Positions 11,777 to 25,095 are shown, counted from the whole stretch's first letter. The stretch is DNA of 63,910 nt, filler included, from Octopus bimaculoides (GCF_001194135.2; 8 parts of 8 records of this genome joined end to end with filler, not necessarily neighbours in it), one strand, 5' to 3'. Translations and numbers: made by a program. The notes: generated by a model not told the origin, from the letters alone.

Positions 11777-12164
11777 TATTTTGGAAGAAAAGGAATTAGC
11801 ATATATATTGTAAAGATGATGTATCTTTTTGTGTTGTATTTGTGTTGTTTGTATTTTTTTGTGTTGCCTCAGCTTCATAAGAACTTAGTCTTTGTAGTAT
11901 ATTGCGAATTATGAAATTAAAGAAATAATTATCTAATTGTTAATTAAACAATATACACAACCTGCTACGTTAATCCTCTGCCTTCTATTGATGTTGAGTT
12001 CTTATGTAATAACACAGGAACAGCCACGATATGAGTACTCGGCATTTAACTTGCGTTTATGCCTTTGGTAGGCGAAACTGAATATTGCAAAAAATCCTTA
12101 ATCCTCTCTTCTACTCTTATTCAACTGTAGAAATATTGACTGAACCAAGAATGTGTTTTCTGTG

Positions 12165-12375
12165 CCTTGGTGTTTGTGCTTGTCCCCCACTACCACTTGA
12201 CAACCGATGTTGGTTTGTTTATATTCCTGTAAACTAGCGGTTCGGCAAGAGAAATAATTAGAATGAGTACAAGACTAAAGAAGTAAGTGCTTAGGGATTG
12301 ATTCGTCCGACTAAATCCCTTCAGGGTGGTGCCGCAACATGACCGCAGTCCAATGACTGAAAGAAGTAAAAGATA
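12165..12375 (+). mobile_element. SINE family A, 3' half
   Basis: cttgacaaccgatgttgg..tagcggttcggcaa..gaccgcagtccaatgactgaaa, homologous to the other family A copies. Confidence 0.7.
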
Positions 12376-13359
12376 AAATATGAAAAATTAAAAGAATTCT
12401 TCAACTGAAAGCTTAAGAAGCTTATCCGATAAAGTGTCAAATGTGAGCTTATCAAGTATCAAACGTTAGATTATCACGATAAAGTGCCGAGTGCTAGATT
12501 ATATGGCCACCGAGTTTTTGGTTGACTAAATCCCAAAACCCAATAAAATTGCTTGCGTAACGAAGAGAGTAAACTGAAAGTAAACATTCATAATTGTATT
12601 TATAGAATAATAGTATCGAATATCATTGTGTTTATACAATCAGTGATATTCAATGCCATGGAGCCGTTCGAGTACGGTCATCTGATTTCATTTAATGACG
12701 GTCATTGTCAATTTGTTTCGGTATATAAACTGAAACGAGAAAAAATATATTGCCAGCCAAGAATATTAGAGGAAATAATGACCTTGAGTAAAAGACAGCT
12801 TGAATAACCAAAGTAATTCTGAGAAAGTAAGAAAAAATAATAAGGAATAAAGAGAGGGAAAATACATCGTTTAATCTGATTTCATTATGATATCGGAAAA
12901 TAGAGAATATTAATTGAGTCTAATGCATTGGTGCAACTCAAAGACTACGTAATATTGATAATATAGTCCAGATCATAGAGTTCCGGTTGTATGAGCGTCT
13001 TTTAAGGTCCAACGGAAATTAAGTAGCTCCATATAGTCCCGTCTAATAAATAGACTGGTGGATTCACAAATTATCTTTTCCTTTCTACTTGAAGTAATTG
13101 TCCATAGATAGCAATCGATTGCATATTAATCGAATGTGACTTTCTCAGTCGACAGAAGAAAAAGGAAAATCGATTAGCGTGCATTCCGTACGTCTTATAT
13201 ATCTAGTTCTCTAACATGTTCGTTGTGAGTTCCTATCTGTTTTCTGCTTCGGTGCTGCTGCTTTACTAAAATCATTATTATATATAAAATAACGAAATGT
13301 TAGCACTAAGCATAAGCAAAATCTAAGTATAAGCATCTAGGCATAAGCAAAATCTATGA

Positions 13360-13680
13360 TAGTTAAAATATGTTTGTGACAGTTTTTCAACTGCTAAAAT
13401 GTAAATAACTGCAGTTAGCGTGGAAAACTAACTCTCTTATGTTAAAAGGTGTGAAAATACCCGGTTTGTTCAGCGTCGCCATCTATCAAGAATCCCAGAC
13501 ATAAATATGTTTCGACAAGCATCAATAAACTCAAAACATCGATGTCTGGGACTCCTGATAGATGGCAGCACTGAACAAACTATTTTCACACCTTTTAACA
13601 TAAGAGAGATATTTTCTCCACGGTAACTGCAGTGTATTTACTTTTAGCAGTTAAAATATGTTACAAACATATATTAACTA
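13360..13680. mobile_element. Foldback / MITE-like palindrome, ~140-bp arms, 39-bp spacer
   Basis: 13360-13502 is the near reverse complement of 13542-13680 (e.g. ctctcttatgttaaaaggtgtgaaaata / tattttcacaccttttaacataagagag). Confidence 0.85.
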
Positions 13681-13697
13681 ACCTGAATTTTACATAT

Positions 13698-13745
<48 letters not shown>

Positions 13746-15021
13746 NNNNNNNNNNNNNNNNNNNNNNNNNNNNNNNNNNNNNNNNNNNNNNNNNNNNNNN
13801 NNNNNNNNNNNNNNNNNNNNNNNNNNNNNNNNNNNNNNNNNNNNNNNNNNNNNNNNNNNNNNNNNNNNNNNNNNNNNNNNNNNNNNNNNNNNNNNNNNNN
13901 NNNNNNNNNNNNNNNNNNNNNNNNNNNNNNNNNNNNNNNNNNNNNNNNNNNNNNNNNNNNNNNNNNNNNNNNNNNNNNNNNNNNNNNNNNNNNNNNNNNN
14001 NNNNNNNNNNNNNNNNNNNNNNNNNNNNNNNNNNNNNNNNNNNNNNNNNNNNNNNNNNNNNNNNNNNNNNNNNNNNNNNNNNNNNNNNNNNNNNNNNNNN
14101 NNNNNNNNNNNNNNNNNNNNNNNNNNNNNNNNNNNNNNNNNNNNNNNNNNNNNNNNNNNNNNNNNNNNNNNNNNNNNNNNNNNNNNNNNNNNNNNNNNNN
14201 NNNNNNNNNNNNNNNNNNNNNNNNNNNNNNNNNNNNNNNNNNNNNNNNNNNNNNNNNNNNNNNNNNNNNNNNNNNNNNNNNNNNNNNNNNNNNNNNNNNN
14301 NNNNNNNNNNNNNNNNNNNNNNNNNNNNNNNNNNNNNNNNNNNNNNNNNNNNNNNNNNNNNNNNNNNNNNNNNNNNNNNNNNNNNNNNNNNNNNNNNNNN
14401 NNNNNNNNNNNNNNNNNNNNNNNNNNNNNNNNNNNNNNNNNNNNNNNNNNNNNNNNNNNNNNNNNNNNNNNNNNNNNNNNNNNNNNNNNNNNNNNNNNNN
14501 NNNNNNNNNNNNNNNNNNNNNNNNNNNNNNNNNNNNNNNNNNNNNNNNNNNNNNNNNNNNNNNNNNNNNNNNNNNNNNNNNNNNNNNNNNNNNNNNNNNN
14601 NNNNNNNNNNNNNNNNNNNNNNNNNNNNNNNNNNNNNNNNNNNNNNNNNNNNNNNNNNNNNNNCACACACACACACAGATACATACGTACACACACATAT
14701 ATATTATATATATATACATAAAATTATGATTATGATGTAATTTATGACGTTATAATAAAAAGATAAATTACAAGTCTTGCTTTGTAATACTTTCAGATAA
14801 ACTCTGTAAATTATCTAATCTAATTGTAAGTAATTATCTAATCCAATGGTATCTAATACTAAAAGAAAACAGGACGGCAAATTATGTTTAAACCTGATTG
14901 AAATTTGGACGATTTAGATCTACATGGATTTACCATTATGCTATCTCATTCTTGGCAGCAATTCTTCAACATAGAAGTTGGAGAATTCTCTTATTGGTCA
15001 AACAATATTTAATCATTATAT

Positions 15022-15415
15022 ATATGGTCACCCAACAGTGTAAAATTAACAGCGGACCTTGAAACAATTCAGCGAAGCTTCACAAAGAAGATCGTCTTTT
15101 GCAACAGCTCAGCTACTGGGAACGGTGGAAACAGCTAAGACTCTACTCCCTGGAGCGAAGACAGGAGAGGTATTGCAGTAATATACATCTGGAAGATCCT
15201 GGAAGGAATTTTGCCAAATTTTGGCATTGAACGCTACACCAATGCTAGAACGGGACGACACTGCATAGTGCCAAAGATCCCAACAATGCCATCGTGCTTC
15301 AGGACCAGTTAATGCAACAGCCTGGGTTTCTGGGGCCCACAGCATTTTAATATTCTCCCAAAGAGCCTGACGAATCTCCACAAAGTAGATGTAGGCGTTT
15401 TTGAATCAAGGCTGA
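15022..15415 (+). mobile_element. CR1-group (CR1/L2/Crack-type) LINE, degenerate region C-terminal to the RT core
   Basis: WSPNSVKLTADLETIQRSFTKK..LSYWERWKQLRLYSLERRQER..IYIWKILEG: classic WSP..LE.IQR..Y.ERL..L.L.SLE.RR pattern, with frameshifts and stops. Confidence 0.85.
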
Positions 15416-15611
15416 GGGTAGCTACATCGAACTCCATTCTACACCAAGTGCCATATTAAAGAAAGATCTCAGTTATAAAAGTGTAGCAAAACAAAACGGT
15501 GGCGCTCCAGCATGGCTACAGCTATGAGCTGAAACTACAAAATATATGTATATATAAGGGTAGGTAGGGTGTATGTGTTAGCTTATGTGTACAGACAGAC
15601 AGATAGACTGT

Positions 15612-15673
<62 letters not shown>

Positions 15674-16252
15674 CTCACAGGAACTGCGATCTGCTCACCG
15701 ACACAGTTACACCTCATGCAATAAAGCAAATTTCACTTTAACTGTTTTTGTTTGTTACTAACTTACTAGAATATTTCTTTCAATATGTAATTACAAGTTG
15801 TTCTTATCAATTTTTCCACGAAATCTCATTTATCTATCGTTGTATAATTCTATGATTCGGTCTGTTCGAACAACCATATTGCATCTCAACATGATGTACT
15901 TTGATTTAAAAAAATATGTCTCAAAAAAAAAACAAAAAAAACCCTCACCTTGGGGCCTATGTGACATACTGGGTCTATACTGTTTGCTTTAATGCACTAA
16001 AACCATTTACTCCCCTGAATATATGCTTCGGATACCTGAATGCGTCAAATATGACCGTCTGTCTTTTATGCCATCAAATAATCTATGCTGTTCATCAATA
16101 TACACATGCAACATCCCTTCCTTTGTTTCTTCTCCTTTTTTTCATTCTTCTTGTTCTTCTCCTCCTCGTCACTTTTTTTCATTCTTCATGTTCTCGTTGT
16201 TCTCCTTTTTTTCATTCTTCTTGTTCTTCTCCTCCTTGTCCTCCTTTTCCAG

Positions 16253-16378
16253 CTTCTTCTTCTTCTTCTTCTTCTTCTTCTTCGTCTTCTTCTTCTTCTT
16301 CTTCTTCTTCTTCTTCTTCTTCTTCTTCTTCTTCTTCNNNNNNNNNNTTCTTCTTCTTCTTCTTCTTCTTCTTCTTCT
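16253..16378. repeat. (TTC)n microsatellite within a pyrimidine-rich low-complexity tract (about 16120-16770)
   Basis: Directly visible; explains the poly-S/F/L ORFs. Confidence 0.95.
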
Positions 16379-17687
16379 TCTCTCTTTCACATTACTTCCT
16401 ACATCCATAAGTATCGTCTCTATGTCTTTTATATTTTTCATTCTCTCTCATTCCTTCTCTTTCATATATCTCATCATTTTCTTTCGTTTACTTCTTTCAC
16501 CCCGTTTCTATCCGTTTCTCATTCGTCCCTCCTCTCTCTCTCTCCCTCCTCTCCCTCCCCTCTCTCTTTTTCTCTCTTCGTTTCTTTCAGTGTTTTCCAT
16601 GTACCTCTTACGTGTCTCTTCTATGTGTTTGTTTCACGAAGTTTTCATCGTTCCTCTCACCTGCCTCCTCCCCTCTTTATCTTTTCTCCTCTTTCTTCTC
16701 CTCCTCCTCCTCCTCCTCCTCTTCTTCTTCTTCCACCTTCTTCTTCCACCTTCTTCTTCCTCCTTCTTACCTCACAACCGTTGACAGACACAGTACCAAA
16801 ACCTAATCCATATGACCACAGCAATAAAATTTAATTAACATATATTGCCTCAGCGGTATGTATTTTACAATTAAAAATTGTCATTAACTGTGAGATCGCA
16901 TCCGGTTTTATATTCTTCAAACTGATTAATTCATTCAATTTAAAATGTCAACATTCACCAGTCGTGTCAATGCTTCTAAACATAGCTTCACCCCGTTTTT
17001 CCTCTCTGTTGATATGTGAAAAACAAAAACAACGAATTTCCTGTCAATTTTCAATGCAATATTTTTAATACGAAATGTATGAATGATGTAGAACAATGCA
17101 CACACTTGTCGCAAGTTGTCCTTTTGAAAGATTTCTATGTCTAGGCCATTAAATGACATTTTTGTTCACTTATCACCGAAGAGGCCATCAATAAATAAGT
17201 TGGTGTGATAATATTCCAGTTTCTAAATGTGGTGTATCCCTGGCGGTTAGCTTTCAAAAGCAAGCCAATTCCTACAAAGCTAAATTAAGTTGAAAAAAGA
17301 TTGGAATATCAATCAGAGTAAAGAAGATGTACAGAATAGTTACATTTAATGTTTCTTTTCCTATGCATTAAAAACGATCAAAGTTTCCAGTTGTTGGCAT
17401 TCAAGAATAGCGAATACCCTTTCATCCTTATTTGAAGCTGTCAGCATAGCATAACGTCTCACTGTTACTATGTGTACTTTAGACGAATGCTAAGCAAGTG
17501 GTTAGTTCATTCCATGTCTTGATTGTTTTCCGTACATCCCCCCACCACACTGCTTCTTTATTTGTAGATAATCTTCGAATATTCCCTGCATTAAATATGT
17601 CACTGTATACGTGACTGGTTCTTCTTTTATTGACTCCAGTGAAAAAGGGATTAAAGTCAGTCTGTCAGAACTGACAACTCTGAATTA

Positions 17688-17866
17688 CCGTATTTGGTTA
17701 CATAAAAGATAGTCTGTTGTATAAGACACACTCCAATTTCATTAACGGAAATTGAAAAACAAGATAACCCGAGATATAAATTAGTTTATAAGAGACCCAG
17801 ATTCACATAAAGGACCAGTAGTGGATTTTAAAAACATATTTGCATCTTATATGACAAGAAATACGG
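17688..17866. mobile_element. Old Tc1/mariner-pogo-type MITE
   Basis: TA|CCGTATTT...AAATACGG|TA termini with imperfect ~25-bp TIRs. Confidence 0.65.
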
Positions 17867-17939
17867 TAAATAAAATGTTTAACCTGGAACCTCCCTTCCA
17901 GCATCTTCCTATATGGGATCATTAACCAAGTCAGGGTGG

Positions 17940-18030
17940 TGAACTGCCCAAGGTGTCACCCACTAACACAGAACCCGGAACTAGGTGGTTTGGACTCAAG
18001 CTTTTTACCACACAGTCCATACACACATAC
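17940..18030 (-). mobile_element. SINE family A head (degenerate)
   Basis: gcccaaggtgtcac..gaacccggaac..ttttaccacacag is the reverse complement of the family A head. Confidence 0.65.
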
Positions 18031-18529
18031 ATGCATACATACACACGCACGTATGTACACACACAAACACATATACATACATATACATGATATTATGCAT
18101 AGCCGTAACCATCAAGTGACCATCACACGGCCGCATCGGCCTTCCTTCCTTCATAGGTTTCAGATATGTAGTTGACCGAGGTACGCCTTTGCACTTCCAA
18201 ACCTTTCAACTAGCGAAATACTACATATATATGAAAGTTATACGGTAACGATGCCTGCATCGGATCTATACTGACACAAGGTGGGAACAGCCAGCTGGAG
18301 GATATATATATATATATATANNNNNNNNNNNNNNNNNNNNNNNNNNNNNNNNNNNNNNNNNNNNNNNNNNNNNNNNNNNNNNNNNGTAAGCACACAAACG
18401 TGAAAACAAGGTGGTACTTAAATACCAGAGTTGGAGTTATATGATTTATTTAAAAGCAGCAAAAATATAACAAAAGCTGCTTTTAAATAAAGTATATATA
18501 TAAATATATATACATATATATATATATAT

Positions 18530-18745
18530 TTGGCCGTTCACTCATGACCGAGGAAGACCATTGCTGACCTTCAGAAACATTGTGCGCTCTACGACTAATT
18601 TATATCTTGCATTTGCGGCTCCGTTGGTGGCTAATGAGCCCTGCTTTTGACAAGCATACACGACTGCAAACATTGCAGACCAAGCTTTCACCATTCACTA
18701 CGATAGCAGTGCGCTTTCGAGCAGCACACACTTAAATTCTTCATG
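18530..18745 (-). mobile_element. RTE-clade LINE 3' end (second family)
   Basis: Minus strand AARKRTAIVVNGESLVCNVCSRVCLSKAGLISHQRSRKCKI* (RTE-type C-terminal zinc finger), short 3' UTR, (TA)n tail. Confidence 0.8.
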
Positions 18746-19193
18746 AAGTATATATATACATGCATACATACATACATACATACATACATACATACATACA
18801 TACATACATACACAGGCACACATGTATATATAACTATTGCAATCCTCATGTCTTGTGATTGCGGAAATGAATGTGTGTATATACACATGTGTGCAACTCC
18901 TCGTTGTGGCCTCGCTCTATATAGACTTGTATATGCACACTCGCTATCCTTTCTCTCTCTATATATATTTGCTACTAAACTGCAGCAACTTTACAAATGC
19001 CTACACATTCAACCACGGCATAGCGTGTGCGTGCGTGTGTGAGTGTGTGCGTGCGTGTGCGTGTGCGTGTGTCTTGTTTCCTTATTCTGCATGTATATAT
19101 GTTCGTGTATATGTTATCCGAAGTGTACTCATTCTATTGACAAATATACAAGTGCATCTTTTCACTGGCTAATGGACTTTTAGACGTCTTACG

Positions 19194-19227
<34 letters not shown>

Positions 19228-19354
19228 TACATACATACATATATAATAATATAGATTTAATCAAAAGATTAAATGTGGTACTTAAAATGTTTGAGGCACC
19301 AGAATTTGGTAGGATAAAAACCAAAAGCAAAATCAAGAGATTTGGTGAATAAAA

Positions 19355-19507
19355 ATTTGAAGATAAGCAACAAAAATTCAATAGGTTATAGCAATACATG
19401 CATTTCGTACAAGCTCCATTTATTCATGTGGTGAGAACACCACAAAATGTACAATGAAAATGTACTCCTCTGCTATAACCTATTAAATTTTTGTTGCTTA
19501 TCTTCAA

Positions 19508-19509
<2 letters not shown>
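19355..19509. repeat. 39-bp inverted repeat (1 mismatch), 77-bp spacer containing a small hairpin
   Basis: 19355-19393 vs 19471-19509; spacer hairpin tgtggtg/caccaca. Confidence 0.9.
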
Positions 19510-19550
<41 letters not shown>

Positions 19551-21197
19551 NNNNNNNNNNNNNNNNNNNNNNNNNNNNNNNNNNNNNNNNNNNNNNNNNN
19601 NNNNNNNNNNNNNNNNNNNNNNNNNNNNNNNNNNNNNNNNNNNNNNNNNNNNNNNNNNNNNNNNNNNNNNNNNNNNNNNNNNNNNNNNNNNNNNNNNNNN
19701 NNNNNNNNNNNNNNNNNNNNNNNNNNNNNNNNNNNNNNNNNNNNNNNNNNNNNNNNNNNNNNNNNNNNNNNNNNNNNNNNNNNNNNNNNNNNNNNNNNNN
19801 NNNNNNNNNNNNNNNNNNNNNNNNNNNNNNNNNNNNNNNNNNNNNNNNNNNNNNNNNNNNNNNNNNNNNNNNNNNNNNNNNNNNNNNNNNNNNNNNNNNN
19901 NNNNNNNNNNNNNNNNNNNNNNNNNNNNNNNNNNNNNNNNNNNNNNNNNNNNNNNNNNNNNNNNNNNNNNNNNNNNNNNNNNNNNNNNNNNNNNNNNNNN
20001 NNNNNNNNNNNNNNNNNNNNNNNNNNNNNNNNNNNNNNNNNNNNNNNNNNNNNNNNNNNNNNNNNNNNNNNNNNNNNNNNNNNNNNNNNNNNNNNNNNNN
20101 NNNNNNNNNNNNNNNNNNNNNNNNNNNNNNNNNNNNNNNNNNNNNNNNNNNNNNNNNNNNNNNNNNNNNNNNNNNNNNNNNNNNNNNNNNNNNNNNNNNN
20201 NNNNNNNNNATATATATGTTATGTATGTGCGCTTTGTGTGTATATATATATGTTCTATGCGTGTACTGTATATGTATATATGCATACGTGTGTGTGCGTG
20301 CTTGCGTGTATGCCTATATTTTTGTACGTCTGTGTGTGTGCGTGAGTACGAGCGTGTGTGTGTGTGTGTGTGCGTGTGTATGTGTGTGTGTGTGTGTGCG
20401 TATGTGTGTACCTGTGTGTGCGTGTATGTGTGTATGTGTGCTTCTGTTGTGTGTGCGTGTATGTGTGTTCGTGTATGTGTGTCTGTGTGTGTCCGTGTGT
20501 TCTACTTCCTTTACCTGGATTGTGTAGATATGTATGTGTGTTATGTGCACGATCTCTGTTATATGTATATATTCCTGTGAGTATATAAGAGTGTATACGT
20601 CTGTATTTCCGTGTGTGCGTATACNNNNNNNNNNNNNNNNNNNNNNNNNNNNNNNNNNNNNNNNNNNNNNNNNNNNNNNNNNNNNNNNNNNNNNNNNNNN
20701 NNNNNNNNNNNNNNNNNNNNNNNNAAAAAAAAGAGAAAAAAATCGAAGAACAGAAAACATTGCGATGGTCTAGATTCTGTTAGTAGCACCAACATCAATG
20801 TTTTACTATGGAATCTGGTGCCAGTCACATGGAAGACTTGTATAGTAGGAACGGCTTCGGCTGTGTAATACTGCTATGTCTGTCATATGCAAATGGGAAA
20901 TTCCTGCCTTGGCACGTGATCCAAAGAGCCAAACTGTGTCAGCCAAGGCCGCGGAGCTAATATCCCTGGGAAAATATGTCTTCTGTGTGTATTGTATGCG
21001 CCAAACACTTACGCACTCACATACGTATGCATACCTTCTACACATACAGAATACACATATATGCATACACGCATGCACGCACGCAGACATGCATATACAA
21101 ACATACTCATATATGCATATATACATACATACATGGGCACACACACACGCACATATTATATCTATCTATCTATCTATCCATCTATCTATCTATCATA

Positions 21198-21233
<36 letters not shown>

Positions 21234-21565
21234 TGTATATATATATATATNNNNNNNNNNNNNNNNNNNNNNNNNNNNNNNNNNNNNNNNNNNNTTAATT
21301 AATTAANNNNNNNNNNNNNNNNNNNNNNNNNNNNNNNNNNNNNNNNNNNNCGTTTTAAAGAATATGGCTAGGAACGAGGAAGATATGTTTGAATTTTTGG
21401 AAATAAGGCTCTAAATAGAGCTATTTCCGATTTGAAAAATATATGTTCACGAAGTATTTTGTGTTATACACAACTTATACAAAATTTTAAAACAAAATAG
21501 GTCTTTTAAGAGGTGAAAAATGCAACTTACATGGGAGCCGATGTGTCTACCGTCCGTCCATGATG

Positions 21566-21596
<31 letters not shown>

Positions 21597-22006
21597 GATA
21601 GATAGATAGTTGGAGAGAGAGAGGGGGGGGGGGAAGAGGTGCAGGATAAATGTCATAATTTTCTGAAAAATACACGTTTTTAATCAAATTTTACAGAGAT
21701 AGGTTTTTGATGGAGAAGATTGCGATTATGTTGATAAAATTTACAAAAATAATGACATATATTTATCGAAAATATACAAATCAGAATCTTGTCGTATTTA
21801 ATTACATTCTAAGGTAATAAATATTTTTCCCTTTGAAAGTAAGTATTCATTTCCTCATTTTATATAGGCACCAAGAAATTTGATAAAAGTTATAGCATTA
21901 ATTACTGTATCTATGTCATATTTCGTGATATTACCCATAGTGGCGAAAATATACTTCCAAAGTTGTCCTCATGTGGTGAGTAACACACTAGTTTACACAC
22001 ACACAA

Positions 22007-22038
<32 letters not shown>

Positions 22039-22149
22039 GCACGCGCGCGCGCACATTCGCACACATATCACCGTATCTACCAGACTATTGGATGTTGTTA
22101 CACACCGCTGCTCACAATGCGCTTCTTCGCATTTTGTAACTTTTGAATG

Positions 22150-22300
22150 ATGCTACCACACTGGGTAGGCAGACAGGCCAACACTCCTTCTGAATGGGAC
22201 ACCAGTCCGTCGCAGACTCATTTATAGCTGAATGGACTGGACTGGAGCAATGAGAGGAATGAAGTGTTTTCCTCAAGAACACAACGCACATTGACCGTTG
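22150..22300 (-). mobile_element. SINE family C (degenerate)
   Basis: tggactggagcaatgag..gaagtgttttcctcaagaacacaacgc, shared with other family C copies. Confidence 0.55.
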
Positions 22301-22352
22301 ACTGAACACTATTCAATTTTTTTTCTCCGTGTTTTTCTCCTTGTCTCCGTAT

Positions 22353-22389
22353 TCTTTCTGTTGAAGAGCGTAGCTCGAAACGTCAAAGA
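22353..22389 (+). ncRNA. Minimal type-I hammerhead ribozyme motif (A6 variant) in a Penelope-type terminal repeat (about 22320-22486)
   Basis: UCUUU [CUGUUGA] A GAGC-GUA-GCUC GAAA C GUC AAAGA: helix I 5 bp, helix II 4 bp, GAAA, GUC triplet, palindromic ACGU helix III. Confidence 0.6.
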
Positions 22390-23420
22390 CTTTCCGTATT
22401 CCCGAGCGTCATACTAATATATACTTTTGTTATTTACACCACCTGTCCTCGTCTGTTGTTATTTTTTGTATATTCTCCCATATATANNNNNNNNNNNNNN
22501 NNNNNNNNNNNNNNNNNNNNNNNNNNNNNNNNNNNNNNNNNNNNNNNNNNNNNNNNNNNNNNNNNNNNNNNNNNNNNNNNNNNNNNNNNNNNNNNNNNNN
22601 NNNNNNNNNNNNNNNNNNNNNNNNNNNNNNNNNNNNNNNNNNNNNNNNNNNNNNNNNNNNNNNNNNNNNNNNNNNNNNNNNNNNNNNNNNNNNNNNNNNN
22701 NNNNNNNNNNNNNNNNNNNNNNNNNNNNNNNNNNNNNNNNNNNNNNNNNNNNNNNNNNNNNNNNNNNNNNNNNNNNNNNNNNNNNNNNNNNNNNNNNNNN
22801 NNNNNNNNNNNNNNNNNNNNNNNNNNNNNNNNNNNNNNNNNNNNNNNNNNNNNNNNNNNNNNNNNNNNNNNNNNNNNNNNNNNNNNNNNNNNNNNNNNNN
22901 NNNNNNNNNNNNNNNNNNNNNNNNNNNNNNNNNNNNNNNNNNNNNNNNNNNNNNNNNNNNNNNNNNNNNNNNNNNNNNNNNNNNNNNNNNNNNNNNNNNN
23001 NNNNNNNNNNNNNNNNNNNNNNNNNNNNNNNNNNNNNNNNNNNNNNNNNNNNNNNNNNNNNNNNNNNNNNNNNNNNNNNNNNNNNNNNNNNNNNNNNNNN
23101 NNNNNNNNNNNNNNNNNNNNNNNNNNNNNNNNNNNNNNNNNNNNNNNNNNNNNNNNNNNNNNNNNNNNNNNNNNNNNNNNNNNNNNNNNNNNNNNNNNNN
23201 NNNNNNNNNNNNNNNNNNNNNNNNNNNNNNNNNNNNNNNNNNNNNNNNNNNNNNNNNNNNNNNNNNNNNNNNNNNNNNNNNNNNNNNNNNNNNNNNNNNN
23301 NNNNNNNNNNNNNNNNNNNNNNNNNNNNNNNNNNNNNNNNNNNNNNNNNNNNNNNNNNNNNNNNNNNNNNNNNNNNNNNNNNNNNNNNNNNNNNNNNNNN
23401 NNNNNNNNTATATATATATA

Positions 23421-23790
23421 AATCCAAGAAAGTTAGGGGTTGTGAATCTAACCCACTAAGGGATAATATCTATCCAATATACTGCTAGAAGAATGCCCAA
23501 TTATTATTACACAAGTGTTTTTTCATTGCATGACAATTACATTACCAAGTGCAATAAATGGATGAAGGTAAGAAGTTATTTTACCATTAATTTAGAGAGC
23601 AATAAGAAAATGGAAGGGATTAATATGTGGTATTCATCAACTTATAGACATTATATTATGTCAAATTAGTTGTTTATTTACTAAAAGGACAATTATAACA
23701 ATATACAAAAACATATGACATATTATGCCCTACATATATGATAGTAAATTAACAAATATTAAGTCCCTCCATTTTCTTATTGCCCTCTCT
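23421..23790. repeat. Copy of the 25093-25446 repeat with its 3' part inverted
   Basis: 23421-23520 matches 25093-25195; 23599-23725 is the reverse complement of 25320-25445; inverted repeat 23599-23618 / 23765-23783. Confidence 0.75.
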
Positions 23791-23867
23791 CTCTCTCTTT
23801 CTCTCTCTCTCTATATATATATAGAAAGAGAAGAGAGAGGAACAAAGAGATGACACCAGAATAAGAT

Positions 23868-24156
23868 GACACCGCTAAATGACGGGGACGTAAACATAGC
23901 ATCGGTTGTCAAGCGATGTTGGGCGGACAAACACAGACACACAAACATATACACATACACATACACACACACATATATATATATACATATATACGACGGG
24001 CTTCTTTCAGTTTCCGTCTACCAAATCCACTCACAAGGCCTTGGTCGGCCCGAAGGTATAGTAGAAGACACTTGCCCAAGGTGCCACGTAGTGGGACTGA
24101 ACCCAGAACCATGTGGTTGGTAAGCAAGTTACTTACCACACAGCCACTCCTACGTC
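23868..24156 (-). mobile_element. SINE family A, near full-length
   Basis: Reverse complement of head (A/B boxes), middle ccttgggcaagtgtcttctac, internal microsatellite and 3' part. Confidence 0.9.
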
Positions 24157-25060
24157 TATTTATAATTGTTTATAATTTTCACCTTAAAAGGTATTTTAAT
24201 ATGCTGGCCGCTGATAAAGTTGTTTTTGAAAAAAATTATCCTTATATTAGAANNNNNNNNNNNNNNNNNNNNNNNNNNNNNNNNNNNNNNNNNNNNNNNN
24301 NNNNNNNNNNNNNNNNNNNNNNNNNNNNNNNNNNNNNNNNNNNNNNNNNNNNNNNNNNNNNNNNNNNNNNNNNNNNNNNNNNNNNNNNNNNNNNNNNNNN
24401 NNNNNNNNNNNNNNNNNNNNNNNNNNNNNNNNNNNNNNNNNNNNNNNNNNNNNNNNNNNNNNNNNNNNNNNNNNNNNNNNNNNNNNNNNNNNNNNNNNNN
24501 NNNNNNNNNNNNNNNNNNNNNNNNNNNNNNNNNNNNNNNNNNNNNNNNNNNNNNNNNNNNNNNNNNNNNNNNNNNNNNNNNNNNNNNNNNNNNNNNNNNN
24601 NNNNNNNNNNNNNNNNNNNNNNNNNNNNNNNNNNNNNNNNNNNNNNNNNNNNNNNNNNNNNNNNNNNNNNNNNNNNNNNNNNNNNNNNNNNNNNNNNNNN
24701 NNNNNNNNNNNNNNNNNNNNNNNNNNNNNNNNNNNNNNNNNNNNNNNNNNNNNNNNNNNNNNNNNNNNNNNNNNNNNNNNNNNNNNNNNNNNNNNNNNNN
24801 NNNNNNNNNNNNNNNNNNNNNNNNNNNNNNNNNNNNNNNNNNNNNNNNNNNNNNNNNNNNNNNNNNNNNNNNNNNNNNNNNNNNNNNNNNNNNNNNNNNN
24901 NNNNNNNNNNNNNNNNNNNNNNNNNNNNNNNNNNNNNNNNNNNNNNNNNNNNNNNNNNNNNNNNNNNNNNNNNNNNNNNNNNNNNNNNNNNNNNNNNNNN
25001 NNNNNNNNNNNNNNNNNNNNNNNNNNNNNNNNNNNNNNNNNNNNNNNNNNNNNNNNNNNN

Positions 25061-25092
<32 letters not shown>

Positions 25093-25095
<3 letters not shown>

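Noticed and set aside
15368-15400. CTGACGA hammerhead-like core
   Set aside because: Lies inside the CR1-group ORF remnant, with no GAAA after the stem.
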